IMG/VR virus record: IMGVR_UViG_3300024303_004490
Length of the DNA stretch: 64,000 nt
From: an uncultured virus (IMG/VR IMGVR_UViG_3300024303_004490)
Lineage: Duplodnaviria; Heunggongvirae; Uroviricota; Caudoviricetes
Strand: one strand, 5' to 3'
Positions 49,237 to 58,724 of the stretch are shown here, piece by piece. Position numbers and translations under genes: made by a program. The notes under the pieces are model-generated. The model ran no database searches and had not been told where the DNA came from. It worked only from the letters and a program-made list of their open reading frames with translations. Position 1 is the first letter of the stretch. Each line of letters begins with the position of its first letter.

Positions 49237-49398
49237 TTATGCTGCGGTGGTTAAGATGTTTTCAATGTTAAGTGTGCCGTCGGGGTTTGCTGTGATGCGA
49301 GTTTTGCATCCTTTTACTACAATCTCCACAACCCTGCGGTCTTCACTTACATCACAGACGCGCTTATTATTAAGGTTGCGAACTTCACTCATAGGCAT
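49237..49398 (-). CDS. 53-aa hypothetical protein (not in ORF track)
   Basis: AAGGAGG RBS; MPMSEVRNLNNKRVCDV...NPDGTLNIEN. Confidence 0.65.
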   Translation of the reverse strand: MPMSEVRNLNNKRVCDVSEDRRVVEIVVKGCKTRITANPDGTLNIENILTTAA

Positions 49399-49551
49399 TT
49401 CCTCCTTTCTTTATTTCTGTTGTAAAGCAAAAAGCCGACACAAAACATTCAAGGTATAAACCTCTGAATGCTCGTGCCGGCTTGAACTCACTTGGTTCTG
49501 CTCGTCTTTGAGCTGTATATTTTATGCGAATCCCTCACTTGGGGTTTCTGC

Positions 49552-49746
49552 TTACTTTGTTGTTTCTGCTGCTTGAACAATTTGTGTCATCAGCATTCCT
49601 ACAGAAATTGTTTCATAGGCGTTTTCTTTAGCTTTCTTTATTCTTAATGCGTATTCCCCGGTTTCAGTTTTTACTGCTTCTCCGAGAGGAATGTGTTCTT
49701 TAGGGGTGTAGACCATTTTGTTTTTTTTGGGGGTGTTCTCTTTCAT
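49552..49746 (-). CDS. small hypothetical protein
   Basis: 64 aa, AGGAGG RBS. Confidence 0.6.
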   Translation of the reverse strand: MKENTPKKNKMVYTPKEHIPLGEAVKTETGEYALRIKKAKENAYETISVGMLMTQIVQAAETTK

Positions 49747-49771
49747 TCAACTTCCTCCTATCGTTGCTTTA

Positions 49772-50560
49772 TTAATATTTTTCATTGAATTTATTTATAA
49801 AATCAAGAACTTTGTTATTTATATCCGGTGTTTCGATTCGACGTTCAACTGCGGCATACAACTTGGGTAAGAATATATTAAAATCTAAATGTCGAGCCTT
49901 TTCCTCTGTACTTACATCACTATGATTTAATGTTGTACAACATATAGGGTTTGTGTTTTTAAAATCTTTTCCTAATAAATATAATTCGTACACGGTATCT
50001 ATTGTAGAAGCATACGGGGCTGCAAGTTCTGATAAGTTACTCAAGACTAAAGCGATTTTTCCAACGCCATCGATAGAAGCAACATATATATTTTTACAGG
50101 GTGTTGCCGTGTATTTAGGATAGCATAACGATTTATATGTAAGTTCCTCCCAAAATGTTACGCCTACAGTCAAAGGGGAATCTACCGTGCCTAAGCGTAT
50201 TGGAGTTTTTTTAGAAGACTCTTCAAAAACATCTTTAAAATAGTAGTATGCTTTCCAGTCAATTTCTCCACCTTCTGTAAGTTTTAGTAATTTACAAATG
50301 AAATTTAATAGATAGGCATCACCTGGGTTGTGGCTTTCAAAATCAGCAAACAATAATGCATCAACCGATACCTCAAATAAGTTTGCTATTTTTACCAGAG
50401 CCTCTATACTTAATGAAGCTTTGTATTGATTTTTTGAAACCCTCGAAAAGTAACCAGTACTTACTCCTGCAGCTTTTTCTACATCACCAATTTTCATATT
50501 ATTTCTTTTGGTAAGAACATAAATATTATGAAAGAGCTGTCCTTTACTTGTCGCTAACAA
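49772..50560 (-). CDS. XRE-family HTH regulator with large C-terminal domain
   Basis: IGDVEKAAGVSTGYFSRV..IANLFEVSVDALL. Confidence 0.75.
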   Translation of the reverse strand: MLATSKGQLFHNIYVLTKRNNMKIGDVEKAAGVSTGYFSRVSKNQYKASLSIEALVKIANLFEVSVDALLFADFESHNPGDAYLLNFICKLLKLTEGGEIDWKAYYYFKDVFEESSKKTPIRLGTVDSPLTVGVTFWEELTYKSLCYPKYTATPCKNIYVASIDGVGKIALVLSNLSELAAPYASTIDTVYELYLLGKDFKNTNPICCTTLNHSDVSTEEKARHLDFNIFLPKLYAAVERRIETPDINNKVLDFINKFNEKY

Positions 50561-51162
50561 AATTTATCAATCCCTTTCTTTGTCGAATACTGCTATTATT
50601 ATATGCAATATTATTATAAATGTCAGCAGTCGCTGCAATGTTATTGATTTTCGATAGTTAAATTATATCTGAAAGTCACAGTGTTGTCAATATCTATTTG
50701 AATTTTACTTCAAGTAATTTATTTGTAATTTATTGTAGATTTGAATTATAGTTCGAATTTTTTCGAATAAATATTATAAAAAAGTTTGTTTTTCGACAAA
50801 AGATTCATAAAACAAAATTGTAAAAAGTAACACGGATTTTTCAAAAAAAATCTAATTTTGGTATAACTTACAAAGTTAACATTATATTGTATGTCTTTTA
50901 ATAGTAATAATTACAAAATTAACTAAACTTATGTTACTTTTTCCAAAAAAATATAGTTTTTGATAGAAAAAACTAATGTTTCAATTAATTTTCTACACAT
51001 TTATTGTCTAATATCCATTCAATAACACAATTTAGGTATTACTATTTTATGTATACGGTAAGTGACCTACTTCATGTAAAAACGCCGCCAAACTAAAGAA
51101 TTAGCATTTTCGACGCACAATAATATTGACAGTGATTGTTAACCCGATTTATATGCTTATAA

Positions 51163-52404
51163 TTACACATACATCATACCTGGCATCTTAACATTATCCC
51201 TTCCATCAAGTGGCATTTTAAGATTATGCAATAAACAACCGTAAGTAATAGCTTGTTTACCGAAACGGCTGCGAAGGTCCTCAACGGCATCTTCCAGTCG
51301 TTCTCTTTTTTCAATTCTCTGAATATCGGTAAAGAAAGATAACTGTTCGGTCGTAGTTTGTGGTACAAGGTTTATTGCTCGAATGGTTACAGCCCTCACG
51401 TTAGAATGCCAGATGTGTTTTTCCTTGAAAAGTTGATATCCAGCTTTGGCTATTTCTGAGGGCAGTTGTGTTTTCAGCGGTAATTTGCACTGATACTGTG
51501 AGCCGAACAAATCATTACCTCTGACAAATATCTGTACACCGGTAGCGGATAACTGATGCACCCTCAATCGGTGACCGACATCCTGACTCAATGCAAGAAT
51601 CACCCGCCATACCTCATCATCATTTTCAAGGTCAGAAATGCAGGTAATTCCGTGTCCTACAGATTTTACGGGAGAAACAAAATCTCGGTGCATTACTCTT
51701 GAAGAATCCGTGCCGTTGGCATATCTCCAAAGAGCTATACCATTAACACCGAGCAGAAGTTTTAAATATTGAGGATCTGCGTTTGCTACATCCCCGATTG
51801 TATGAATACCTACTCTTGCCAATTTAGCTGTTGTGGCTCTTCCGCAGTATATCATTTCACTACAGTCGAGGGGCCACACCTTTTCTTTGAAGTTTTCCTT
51901 CCGGATTTCTGTGATTGCATCAGGCTTTTTCATATCACTTCCTAATTTTGCAAATATTTTATTGTACGAAACACCGATACTGACAGTCAACCCTAATTCT
52001 TCTCGAACCGAGCGCCTGATTTCTTCAGCTATGGTCATAGCATCTCCGTAAACATATCTGCTGCCTGTTACATCAAGCCAACATTCATCCATACCGAAAG
52101 GTTCAATGAGGTCGGTATATCTTTGATAGATAGCCTGGGTTAGCTTTGAGTATTTAAGGTATTGGTCGTATTGGGGCGGGACAACGATTAAATCCTTACA
52201 TAACTGCTTTGCCTCCCAGTTCACCATTCCTGTTTTTACCCCCGCTTTTTTTGCTTTCTCTGATTTAGCGAGAACAATGCCGTGGCGTTCTTCTGTCGAA
52301 CCACAGACAGCCACAGCCTTTCCTCTTAATTTAGGGTTAAGCATCATTTCCACCGAAGCATAAAAACAGTTTAAGTCACTATGCAAAATTGCTCTTTCCA
52401 TCAA
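51163..52404 (-). CDS. dinB: Y-family DNA polymerase (DinB/UmuC-like)
   Basis: HSDLNCFYASVE; FGMDECWLD; AKLGSDMKKPD; C-terminal QLSFF clamp motif. Confidence 0.92.
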   Translation of the reverse strand: MMERAILHSDLNCFYASVEMMLNPKLRGKAVAVCGSTEERHGIVLAKSEKAKKAGVKTGMVNWEAKQLCKDLIVVPPQYDQYLKYSKLTQAIYQRYTDLIEPFGMDECWLDVTGSRYVYGDAMTIAEEIRRSVREELGLTVSIGVSYNKIFAKLGSDMKKPDAITEIRKENFKEKVWPLDCSEMIYCGRATTAKLARVGIHTIGDVANADPQYLKLLLGVNGIALWRYANGTDSSRVMHRDFVSPVKSVGHGITCISDLENDDEVWRVILALSQDVGHRLRVHQLSATGVQIFVRGNDLFGSQYQCKLPLKTQLPSEIAKAGYQLFKEKHIWHSNVRAVTIRAINLVPQTTTEQLSFFTDIQRIEKRERLEDAVEDLRSRFGKQAITYGCLLHNLKMPLDGRDNVKMPGMMYV

Positions 52405-52427
52405 GAAAACACCACTTTTCTCAAATT

Positions 52428-52560
52428 AACTTCCCAAAAAGTATTGACAATGTGAAGTTGAGAGGTGTATAATCAATGCGTAACTTCTCAAACTTCTCAT
52501 AATTTTATGTTAGCGACAAAAAATGTGTTTGTCAATACCTTTTGTGATTTTGGAGAAGTT
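52428..52560. promoter_or_regulatory. face-to-face sigma-A promoters with repeated AACTTC/GAAGTT boxes
   Basis: plus strand TTGACA(52444)-N18-TATAAT(52468); minus strand TTGACA(52535)-N17-TAACAT(52512). Confidence 0.65.
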
Positions 52561-52591
52561 ACAACTGAAAATTTTTATGGAGGGAATGATT

Positions 52592-53023
52592 ATGACTTTT
52601 TCCGACAAAGTAAAAAGAGCCAGAGAAGTAGCAGGCTTAACTCAAGATGAACTTGCCCAAGCAATAGGTGTTTCTCGCCGTACAATCACTGCTTATGAAT
52701 CCGAAGGAGCAGTGGCAAGACGTTCTACCACAGAAAAACTCGCATACGCTCTTAAGGTATCTGTAAAATACCTCACAGATGAAAAATGCACAGACCCCTT
52801 GGCAGAAATTGAAAAAGATGAATACATTGAACAAGCTCGTGCTTTATATGGTTCAAAGGGTGTTCGTGATATGGATGAACTTCTCAAAGACAATGCAGCC
52901 CTGTTTGCAGGTGGCGACCTTTCGCAAGACCAGAAAGATGCCTTCTTTGAAGCCGTTATGAAAGCTTACATAACTTGTAAAGAAGAAGCTAAAATTAAGT
53001 TCGGCAGCAAGAACAATGGTTAA
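52592..53023 (+). CDS. XRE-family HTH repressor (ImmR-like)
   Basis: LTQDELAQAIGVSRRTITAYESE; GGAGG RBS; start reassigned. Confidence 0.88.
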   Translation: MTFSDKVKRAREVAGLTQDELAQAIGVSRRTITAYESEGAVARRSTTEKLAYALKVSVKYLTDEKCTDPLAEIEKDEYIEQARALYGSKGVRDMDELLKDNAALFAGGDLSQDQKDAFFEAVMKAYITCKEEAKIKFGSKNNG

Positions 53024-53137
53024 GTCCGTATTTTGGGACAGTAAAGATGTTAAACTTTATATGTGGGGATTGAATGCCCTCATTACATAATGTATAATTA
53101 TTTTTGCAAATTGGTAGTCACATTATTATGGAGGTAG

Positions 53138-53950
53138 GTGTGTTTTATGGAAGATAGTAATATTATTCTTTTTCCTGACTTTGAAGCGTTGAAAAAAGAA
53201 GTGGAGAAGTTGAGAACAGAGATATCAATGCTCCTACTTGAAAGAGACGAGCTCAAATTAGTAGTTTGTAAAAATATAGAAACTGCATATATGTTAGCCC
53301 TTGGCAGTCTTGAATATAAGGCTTATGAATTGCATTGTGCTGTATTGCGTTTAAAAAGAAAAATAGACCTTATCCAAGCAAAAAAGAATCGCCAGGAAAA
53401 GGTTGTTCTTATTGATATTGATGAACAGCTCGATGAGGAATTTGCTGAATATCAACAGCACCTCGATGAACAAATTGACAAAATGAATAAGGCGCTCGAC
53501 CACAGTAAAGGTACACCCCTCACTGCAGAAGAGACAATAGAAATAAAGAAAGTTTATCGTAATATTGTGAAAGCACTCCATCCTGACTTGCATCCTGATG
53601 TTACACTTGCCCAACTGCAACTGTTCCAAAATGCAGTTCAGGCGTATGAAAACGGTGACTTGAATAGCTTGCGAATTATCCACGAAATGGTCGCAGACCC
53701 TGTTATACCGGAAGTCGGAGAAAATGGTATGGCATTGTTAACCAAAGAAAAAGAGCGTCTTACAAAATCCCTCGAACTTATCCATCAACAGATTTCAGAA
53801 ATCAAATCAGAGTACCCGTACACTATGAAAGACGTTGTAAACAACCCGGAAAAGATAGAAGAAAAGAAGACCGAACTACAAAGCCTAATTGAAGAACTGA
53901 AAGAAGTATATGATTGGTACGAGGCTCGAATAAAAGAATTATTAAGGTGA
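53138..53950 (+). CDS. coiled-coil protein with central J-domain
   Basis: KKVYRNIVKALHPD motif flanked by long coiled coils. Confidence 0.75.
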   Translation: MCFMEDSNIILFPDFEALKKEVEKLRTEISMLLLERDELKLVVCKNIETAYMLALGSLEYKAYELHCAVLRLKRKIDLIQAKKNRQEKVVLIDIDEQLDEEFAEYQQHLDEQIDKMNKALDHSKGTPLTAEETIEIKKVYRNIVKALHPDLHPDVTLAQLQLFQNAVQAYENGDLNSLRIIHEMVADPVIPEVGENGMALLTKEKERLTKSLELIHQQISEIKSEYPYTMKDVVNNPEKIEEKKTELQSLIEELKEVYDWYEARIKELLR

Positions 53951-53954
53951 TAAT

Positions 53955-54353
53955 ATGAGTGATATTATAAAAAGTGATGAAGGCGGACTCGTTGGCTTGT
54001 TCCACGGAAAAGGAGGAGGCTTATCAATTCCTAAGCCATTTGAAAAAGACATCTACCTTTTTGATAGCTATGTTGCAGGAACAACGCACATTCCGGGAAT
54101 TGAAGAGCTTGAACCACATTTGAATGTTGATGACAAACTTAATTTTTACCGTGAACCGGATAACAAGTACGACCCTAAAGCTATCGTTATAAAAAACAGC
54201 GATGGTATAAAAATAGGTTATGTGCCAAAAGAGGATAATGTTATATTTTCCCGTTTGATGGATGCAGGGAAATTGTTGTTCGGTAGAATCACCCAAAAAG
54301 AGAAAAAAGGAAAATGGCTGAAGATAAATATTAAGATTTACCTTCATGAGTAA
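53955..54353 (+). CDS. HIRAN domain protein
   Basis: VAGTTH..REPDNKYDPKAI..KIGYVPK. Confidence 0.88.
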   Translation: MSDIIKSDEGGLVGLFHGKGGGLSIPKPFEKDIYLFDSYVAGTTHIPGIEELEPHLNVDDKLNFYREPDNKYDPKAIVIKNSDGIKIGYVPKEDNVIFSRLMDAGKLLFGRITQKEKKGKWLKINIKIYLHE

Positions 54354-54385
54354 AATACCTTATATCATTATAATGTAAAGGAGGG

Positions 54386-54946
54386 TTGGCATTGACCTAC
54401 GAGGAAATCCATACTTCGGTTGAAACTCTTGTAAAAAAATATGAAGAGCGTGACCCATTTAAACTGTGTCGTGCAATGGGTATTATTTTGCTTTTTCAAT
54501 CGTTAGGTACTGCACCAGATGCAATAAAAGGTTTCTTTCTTGAAAGCAAGCGAATCCGAACTATTACGGTCAACTCTGACCTCCCAGAAGTAATACAAAG
54601 AATAATAGTGGCTCACGAATTATGCCACGCAGAAAATCATCGAAAAAGCGGCATCCACGCTTTCCATGAAGTAGCAATGTTCGACCAGACCTCTGTCTAT
54701 GAAAAAGACGCCAATCTTTTTGCCGCCGAACTACTTCTTGAGGATAAGGATGTACTTGAGGCTTTGAACCAAGATACAACCTTCTTCACAGCCGCAGCAT
54801 CACTGCGTGTTCCGGCAGAACTTTTAGACTTTAAGTTCCGTGTTATGAAATGGAAAGGTTTTATGTTAGTTGAGCCACCAACAAACGCCCGTAGTAATTT
54901 TATGCGTAACATGGAGGTTCCTGAAAATGCAGACTACTACTGCTAA
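54386..54946 (+). CDS. ImmA/IrrE-family metallopeptidase
   Basis: AHELCH..EKDANLFAAELL. Confidence 0.9.
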   Translation: MALTYEEIHTSVETLVKKYEERDPFKLCRAMGIILLFQSLGTAPDAIKGFFLESKRIRTITVNSDLPEVIQRIIVAHELCHAENHRKSGIHAFHEVAMFDQTSVYEKDANLFAAELLLEDKDVLEALNQDTTFFTAAASLRVPAELLDFKFRVMKWKGFMLVEPPTNARSNFMRNMEVPENADYYC

Positions 54947-55214
54947 ACCTATAAAAGTTTATGTAGCCGTTAAGACGGATTTTTCTGAAGACGGCACAAT
55001 GCTTCCAAGGGAAATCACCTGGGAAGATGGAGAGAAATTTACAATTGAACGAATCCTTGATATAAGACAAGCACCTGCTATGAAAGCCGGCGGTCAAGGT
55101 GACAGATACACAATATTAATCAAAGGAAAACAAAGCTATCTTTTCTTTGAAAGAAGTACGAACCTTACTGGAAATTACATTGGTAGATGGTTTGTTGAGC
55201 GGAAGATTGCGTAA
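54927..55214 (+). CDS. small beta protein, possibly a Y-family polymerase accessory
   Basis: GGAGG RBS; PREITWEDG..KAGGQGDRY..WFVE; overlaps the ImmA stop. Confidence 0.6.
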   Translation: MQTTTAKPIKVYVAVKTDFSEDGTMLPREITWEDGEKFTIERILDIRQAPAMKAGGQGDRYTILIKGKQSYLFFERSTNLTGNYIGRWFVERKIA

Positions 55215-55220
55215 GAGAAC

Positions 55221-55271
55221 AAGAGAAAAAGACATATGGGTTTTTATCTATATTCGTCTTTTTCTCTTTTT
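55221..55271 (+). terminator. terminator
   Basis: AAGAGAAAAAGAC...GTCTTTTTCTCTT. Confidence 0.65.
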
Positions 55272-55394
55272 CGGTCCAAATAAATGTACTTGAAGAAAAT
55301 GTACTATAAAAAGCATTGTTTATTAGGAAATTTTGTGCTATTATGTATAAGTATTATTGTAATGAATCTCAAGTGGAATTAAAGGGGTTAGATT

Positions 55395-56300
55395 ATGAAG
55401 TTAAAGGAATTATCTGCGGACGGAAAAATAGCATATTTGATTAAACCTATCTTAAAAGTTTTACAAGCAGCTGGCGGACAGCTTGAGCGTTCTGAAATTA
55501 AAGAAAGAATTGCCGATATGGATGACCAAATTGCTGACTATGCTGAACTTGAAAAGACATCCAAGAAAACAGGAAATACATACAAAGAATTCAATTTTAA
55601 ATTCAACTTTGCGATTAAAGATTTGTATTTCATTGGATTATTAACCTATACAGATACTTCTCCCGTCACTTTGACTGAAAAAGGTTTATATCTTGATGTT
55701 GATGCTCTTAATGTTCAAAAAGATGTTATTGAAGCGTCAAAGGTACACTGGGAAGAAATAAGCAAAAACAATAAGAAAAATAGGGTTGTTGATGTTTCAG
55801 ATAGTGAAGAAGAAACTCAAGCGGAAGAAAAAATTAAGGACGATTTCAAGGAAATCCTTCTTGCGGCTATTTCAAAAATGTCTCCTAAGAAGTTTGAAGC
55901 TTTCTCAAGAGCGTTACTTAATAAAATGGGAGTCGAATTCACAGAGAAAGGTGTTCAAATCAGTAATGATGGCGGTATAGATGGATATGGTTATCATATA
56001 GATGCAAATGATTTTAGAACAACAAGAGTTGTTATTCAGTGCAAAAGATACAATGTAGCACCCGTTAGAGAACCTGAAATCAATCAGTTCTTAGGGGCTA
56101 TGAATAAATATCAAGCTGATTATGGTGTGTTTATTACAAATGGTAGATTTACAAATGCTGCAAGAATCGCCGCAAGAGAAGGTTCGCCAATTACTTTAAT
56201 TGATGGCAATGAGCTTGTAAGACTTGTAAAGAGATATGAGCTTTACATAACGCCAGTACAAACTTATGTTTTAGATGATTTTTATAATAGCGAAGAATAA
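55395..56300 (+). CDS. mrr: Mrr-family type IV restriction endonuclease
   Basis: N-terminal winged helix; FE..DGGIDG..IQCKRY..FITNGRFT..LIDG. Confidence 0.88.
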   Translation: MKLKELSADGKIAYLIKPILKVLQAAGGQLERSEIKERIADMDDQIADYAELEKTSKKTGNTYKEFNFKFNFAIKDLYFIGLLTYTDTSPVTLTEKGLYLDVDALNVQKDVIEASKVHWEEISKNNKKNRVVDVSDSEEETQAEEKIKDDFKEILLAAISKMSPKKFEAFSRALLNKMGVEFTEKGVQISNDGGIDGYGYHIDANDFRTTRVVIQCKRYNVAPVREPEINQFLGAMNKYQADYGVFITNGRFTNAARIAAREGSPITLIDGNELVRLVKRYELYITPVQTYVLDDFYNSEE

Positions 56301-56365
56301 TTTTTTTTATCATCAACTTCCGATAATTTTTATTATATAGAAGTTGTATTAAGGAGGGCGTAAAT

Positions 56366-58720
56366 ATGAGTCCCGTATTAAGCAAAAAACAAATGACAGA
56401 AGAAGATATTAAGCTTCAGTACATAACCCCAGCTATACAAAGCAAATGGGGTCTTGACAGTATGACTATGGAAACAAGAATCACCGATGGTCGTATTAAC
56501 CTTAAAGGTAATCTTGTTGCAAGAGAAAAGCCAAAAAAAGCTGACTATGTTTTGTATCTTAATAAGTACAAGCCCATTGCCATTGTTGAAGCAAAAGATA
56601 ACAACCATTCTATCTCATATGGACTTCAGCAGGCTAAAACATATGCACAAATGCTTGATGTTCCCTTTGCTTACAGCTCAAACGGTGACGGTTTTCAAGA
56701 ATACGACTTTTTAACAGGAGTAGAGCGAGAACTCTCTATGGATGAGTTTCCCACAGCTGATGAATTAACAGCCCGTTGGGAAGCACAAGGCATAACTGAT
56801 AATGAAAAGAAGGTAATTGCACAGCCTTACTATTCAAGTCAGAATACCTATGACCCTCGTTATTATCAGCGCAATGCAATTAACCGTACTGTTGAGGCAA
56901 TCGCAAAGGGTCAAGACCGTCTTTTGCTTGTTATGGCTACAGGCACGGGCAAAACATATACCGCTTTCCAGATTGTATATCGTCTGTTGAAGAGCAATCT
57001 CAAGAAAAAGGTATTATACCTTGCGGACAGAAACATTCTTGTTGACCAATCTATTCAGCAGGACTTTTCACCACTTGAAAAAACTATACATAAAATCAAT
57101 TTTGCAAAAGATGACCCTGTTACAATAACTTCTCACGAAGTGTATTTTTCTCTTTATCAGCAGCTTGCCGGAAATAGCAATGATGAGGATGATGAAACTG
57201 GCGGCGAAGATGCTGTTGAGCGTTTTGCTAAGCTCTTCAATAAAGATTTCTTTGACCTCATTATAGTAGATGAGTGTCACAGAGGCTCGGCAAAAAAAGA
57301 CAGCAACTGGCGTAAAATTCTTGAATATTTCTCATCAGCTACGCAGATTGGTATGACAGCAACACCAAAGGAAACAAAGTATATTTCGAACATTGATTAC
57401 TTTGGTGAACCGATATACACCTACAGCCTTCGTGAAGGCATTGAAGACGGTTTCCTTGCACCGTTTAAAGTTATAAATATCAAAACAAACATCGGTGAGG
57501 GATGGAGACCTTATAAGGGGCAGCTTGATAAAAACGGCTATGAAATAGAAGATAAAATTTATACCAACAGTGATTTTGACTACAACATCATTCTCGAAGA
57601 CCGTACCTATGAGGTCGCAAGAGAAATTACTGAATATCTTAAGAGTACCGACAGAATGCAGAAAACCATTGTTTTCTGTGCAACAGAGGACCACGCTGAA
57701 AGAATGCGAATTGCCCTTAATAATCTTAATGCCGATATGTGCAAAGAGAATCCTGATTATGTTGTTCGTATCACGGGTTCTGACGCATATGGAAAAAGCA
57801 AACTTGATTATTTTATATCTGTTTCAGCGCCATATCCTGTTATTGCAACAACATCAAAGTTGCTTTCCACAGGCGCGGATTGTAAGATGACTAAACTTAT
57901 TGTTCTTGATGAAATGATTAGTTCTATGACTGAATTCAAGCAGATTATAGGTCGTGGAACTCGTCTTCGTGAAAAAGAAGGTAAAAATCATTTTGTTGTT
58001 ATGGATTTCCGTAATGTAACACGTCTTTTTGCCGACCCTGATTGGGACGGCCCCATTGAGACGGTTGACGGATATGACCCTGACCACAAGCCTGGTGGCG
58101 GAGGTTCAGGCAGCGGTGGAGGTCTTACTCCTCCGGTTGTTCCCACTGAAAAATATATAGTAGATGAAAGAGGCTGCAATGTTCAAATTTTAGGTAAAAC
58201 AGTTTCTGTTTACGATGCAAATGGAAAGCTTCTTCGTCAGGAAAGCATAGTTGACTATACTAAATCTAATATTCTTGGTAAATATGCTTCTCTTGATAAT
58301 TTCATCCGTCAGTGGACCGCTGAGGAAAAGAAAGAGGCTATTAAGAACCTGCTTGCAGAACAAGGGATTGATTTGCAGCAGATGAAAGAAGAACAAGGAA
58401 TGGAAGCTGTTGATGATTTCGACTTTATCTGCCATGTCGCTTATGATAAAAAGCCTCTTACACGCCGTGAGCGTGCTAACAATGTTAAGAAGCGTGATTT
58501 CTTAAGCAAATACAGTGGTGTAGCAAGAGAAGTCCTCGAAACCTTACTTGACAGATATATGAATACAGGCATTTACGAAATAGAAAAAACAGAGGTTCTT
58601 AAACTTGAAGACTTTAAAAAATATGGTAAACCTTCAAAAATCGCATCATATTTCGGTGGCAAAGACGGATATTTAAAAGCGATAAAAGAACTTGAAGAAG
58701 AATTATATAAGGTAGGTTAA
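56366..58720 (+). CDS. hsdR: type I RM restriction subunit
   Basis: ADYVL..IVEAK; ATGTGKT; DECHR; QIIGRGTR. Confidence 0.95.
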   Translation: MSPVLSKKQMTEEDIKLQYITPAIQSKWGLDSMTMETRITDGRINLKGNLVAREKPKKADYVLYLNKYKPIAIVEAKDNNHSISYGLQQAKTYAQMLDVPFAYSSNGDGFQEYDFLTGVERELSMDEFPTADELTARWEAQGITDNEKKVIAQPYYSSQNTYDPRYYQRNAINRTVEAIAKGQDRLLLVMATGTGKTYTAFQIVYRLLKSNLKKKVLYLADRNILVDQSIQQDFSPLEKTIHKINFAKDDPVTITSHEVYFSLYQQLAGNSNDEDDETGGEDAVERFAKLFNKDFFDLIIVDECHRGSAKKDSNWRKILEYFSSATQIGMTATPKETKYISNIDYFGEPIYTYSLREGIEDGFLAPFKVINIKTNIGEGWRPYKGQLDKNGYEIEDKIYTNSDFDYNIILEDRTYEVAREITEYLKSTDRMQKTIVFCATEDHAERMRIALNNLNADMCKENPDYVVRITGSDAYGKSKLDYFISVSAPYPVIATTSKLLSTGADCKMTKLIVLDEMISSMTEFKQIIGRGTRLREKEGKNHFVVMDFRNVTRLFADPDWDGPIETVDGYDPDHKPGGGGSGSGGGLTPPVVPTEKYIVDERGCNVQILGKTVSVYDANGKLLRQESIVDYTKSNILGKYASLDNFIRQWTAEEKKEAIKNLLAEQGIDLQQMKEEQGMEAVDDFDFICHVAYDKKPLTRRERANNVKKRDFLSKYSGVAREVLETLLDRYMNTGIYEIEKTEVLKLEDFKKYGKPSKIASYFGGKDGYLKAIKELEEELYKVG

Positions 58721-58724
58721 AATA

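Larger units (their letters stand above)
1775..50560 (-). mobile_element. temperate siphovirus prophage with HK97-type head, PolA replication module and dual serine recombinases; boundaries approximate
   Basis: co-oriented integration, lysis, tail, head, packaging, replication and regulatory genes with no obvious disrupting frameshifts; att sites not found and the element may extend further on either side. Confidence 0.9.

Noticed and set aside
50560..51163. Very AT-rich intergenic region as an ncRNA or attachment site
   Set aside because: No stable structure or flanking repeat could be supported. It is probably a promoter or boundary region.
53111..53123. 13-bp match TTGGTAGTCACAT with 33459-33471 as an att site
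   Set aside because: Matches of this length are expected by chance in 64 kb, and one copy is internal to the prophage.
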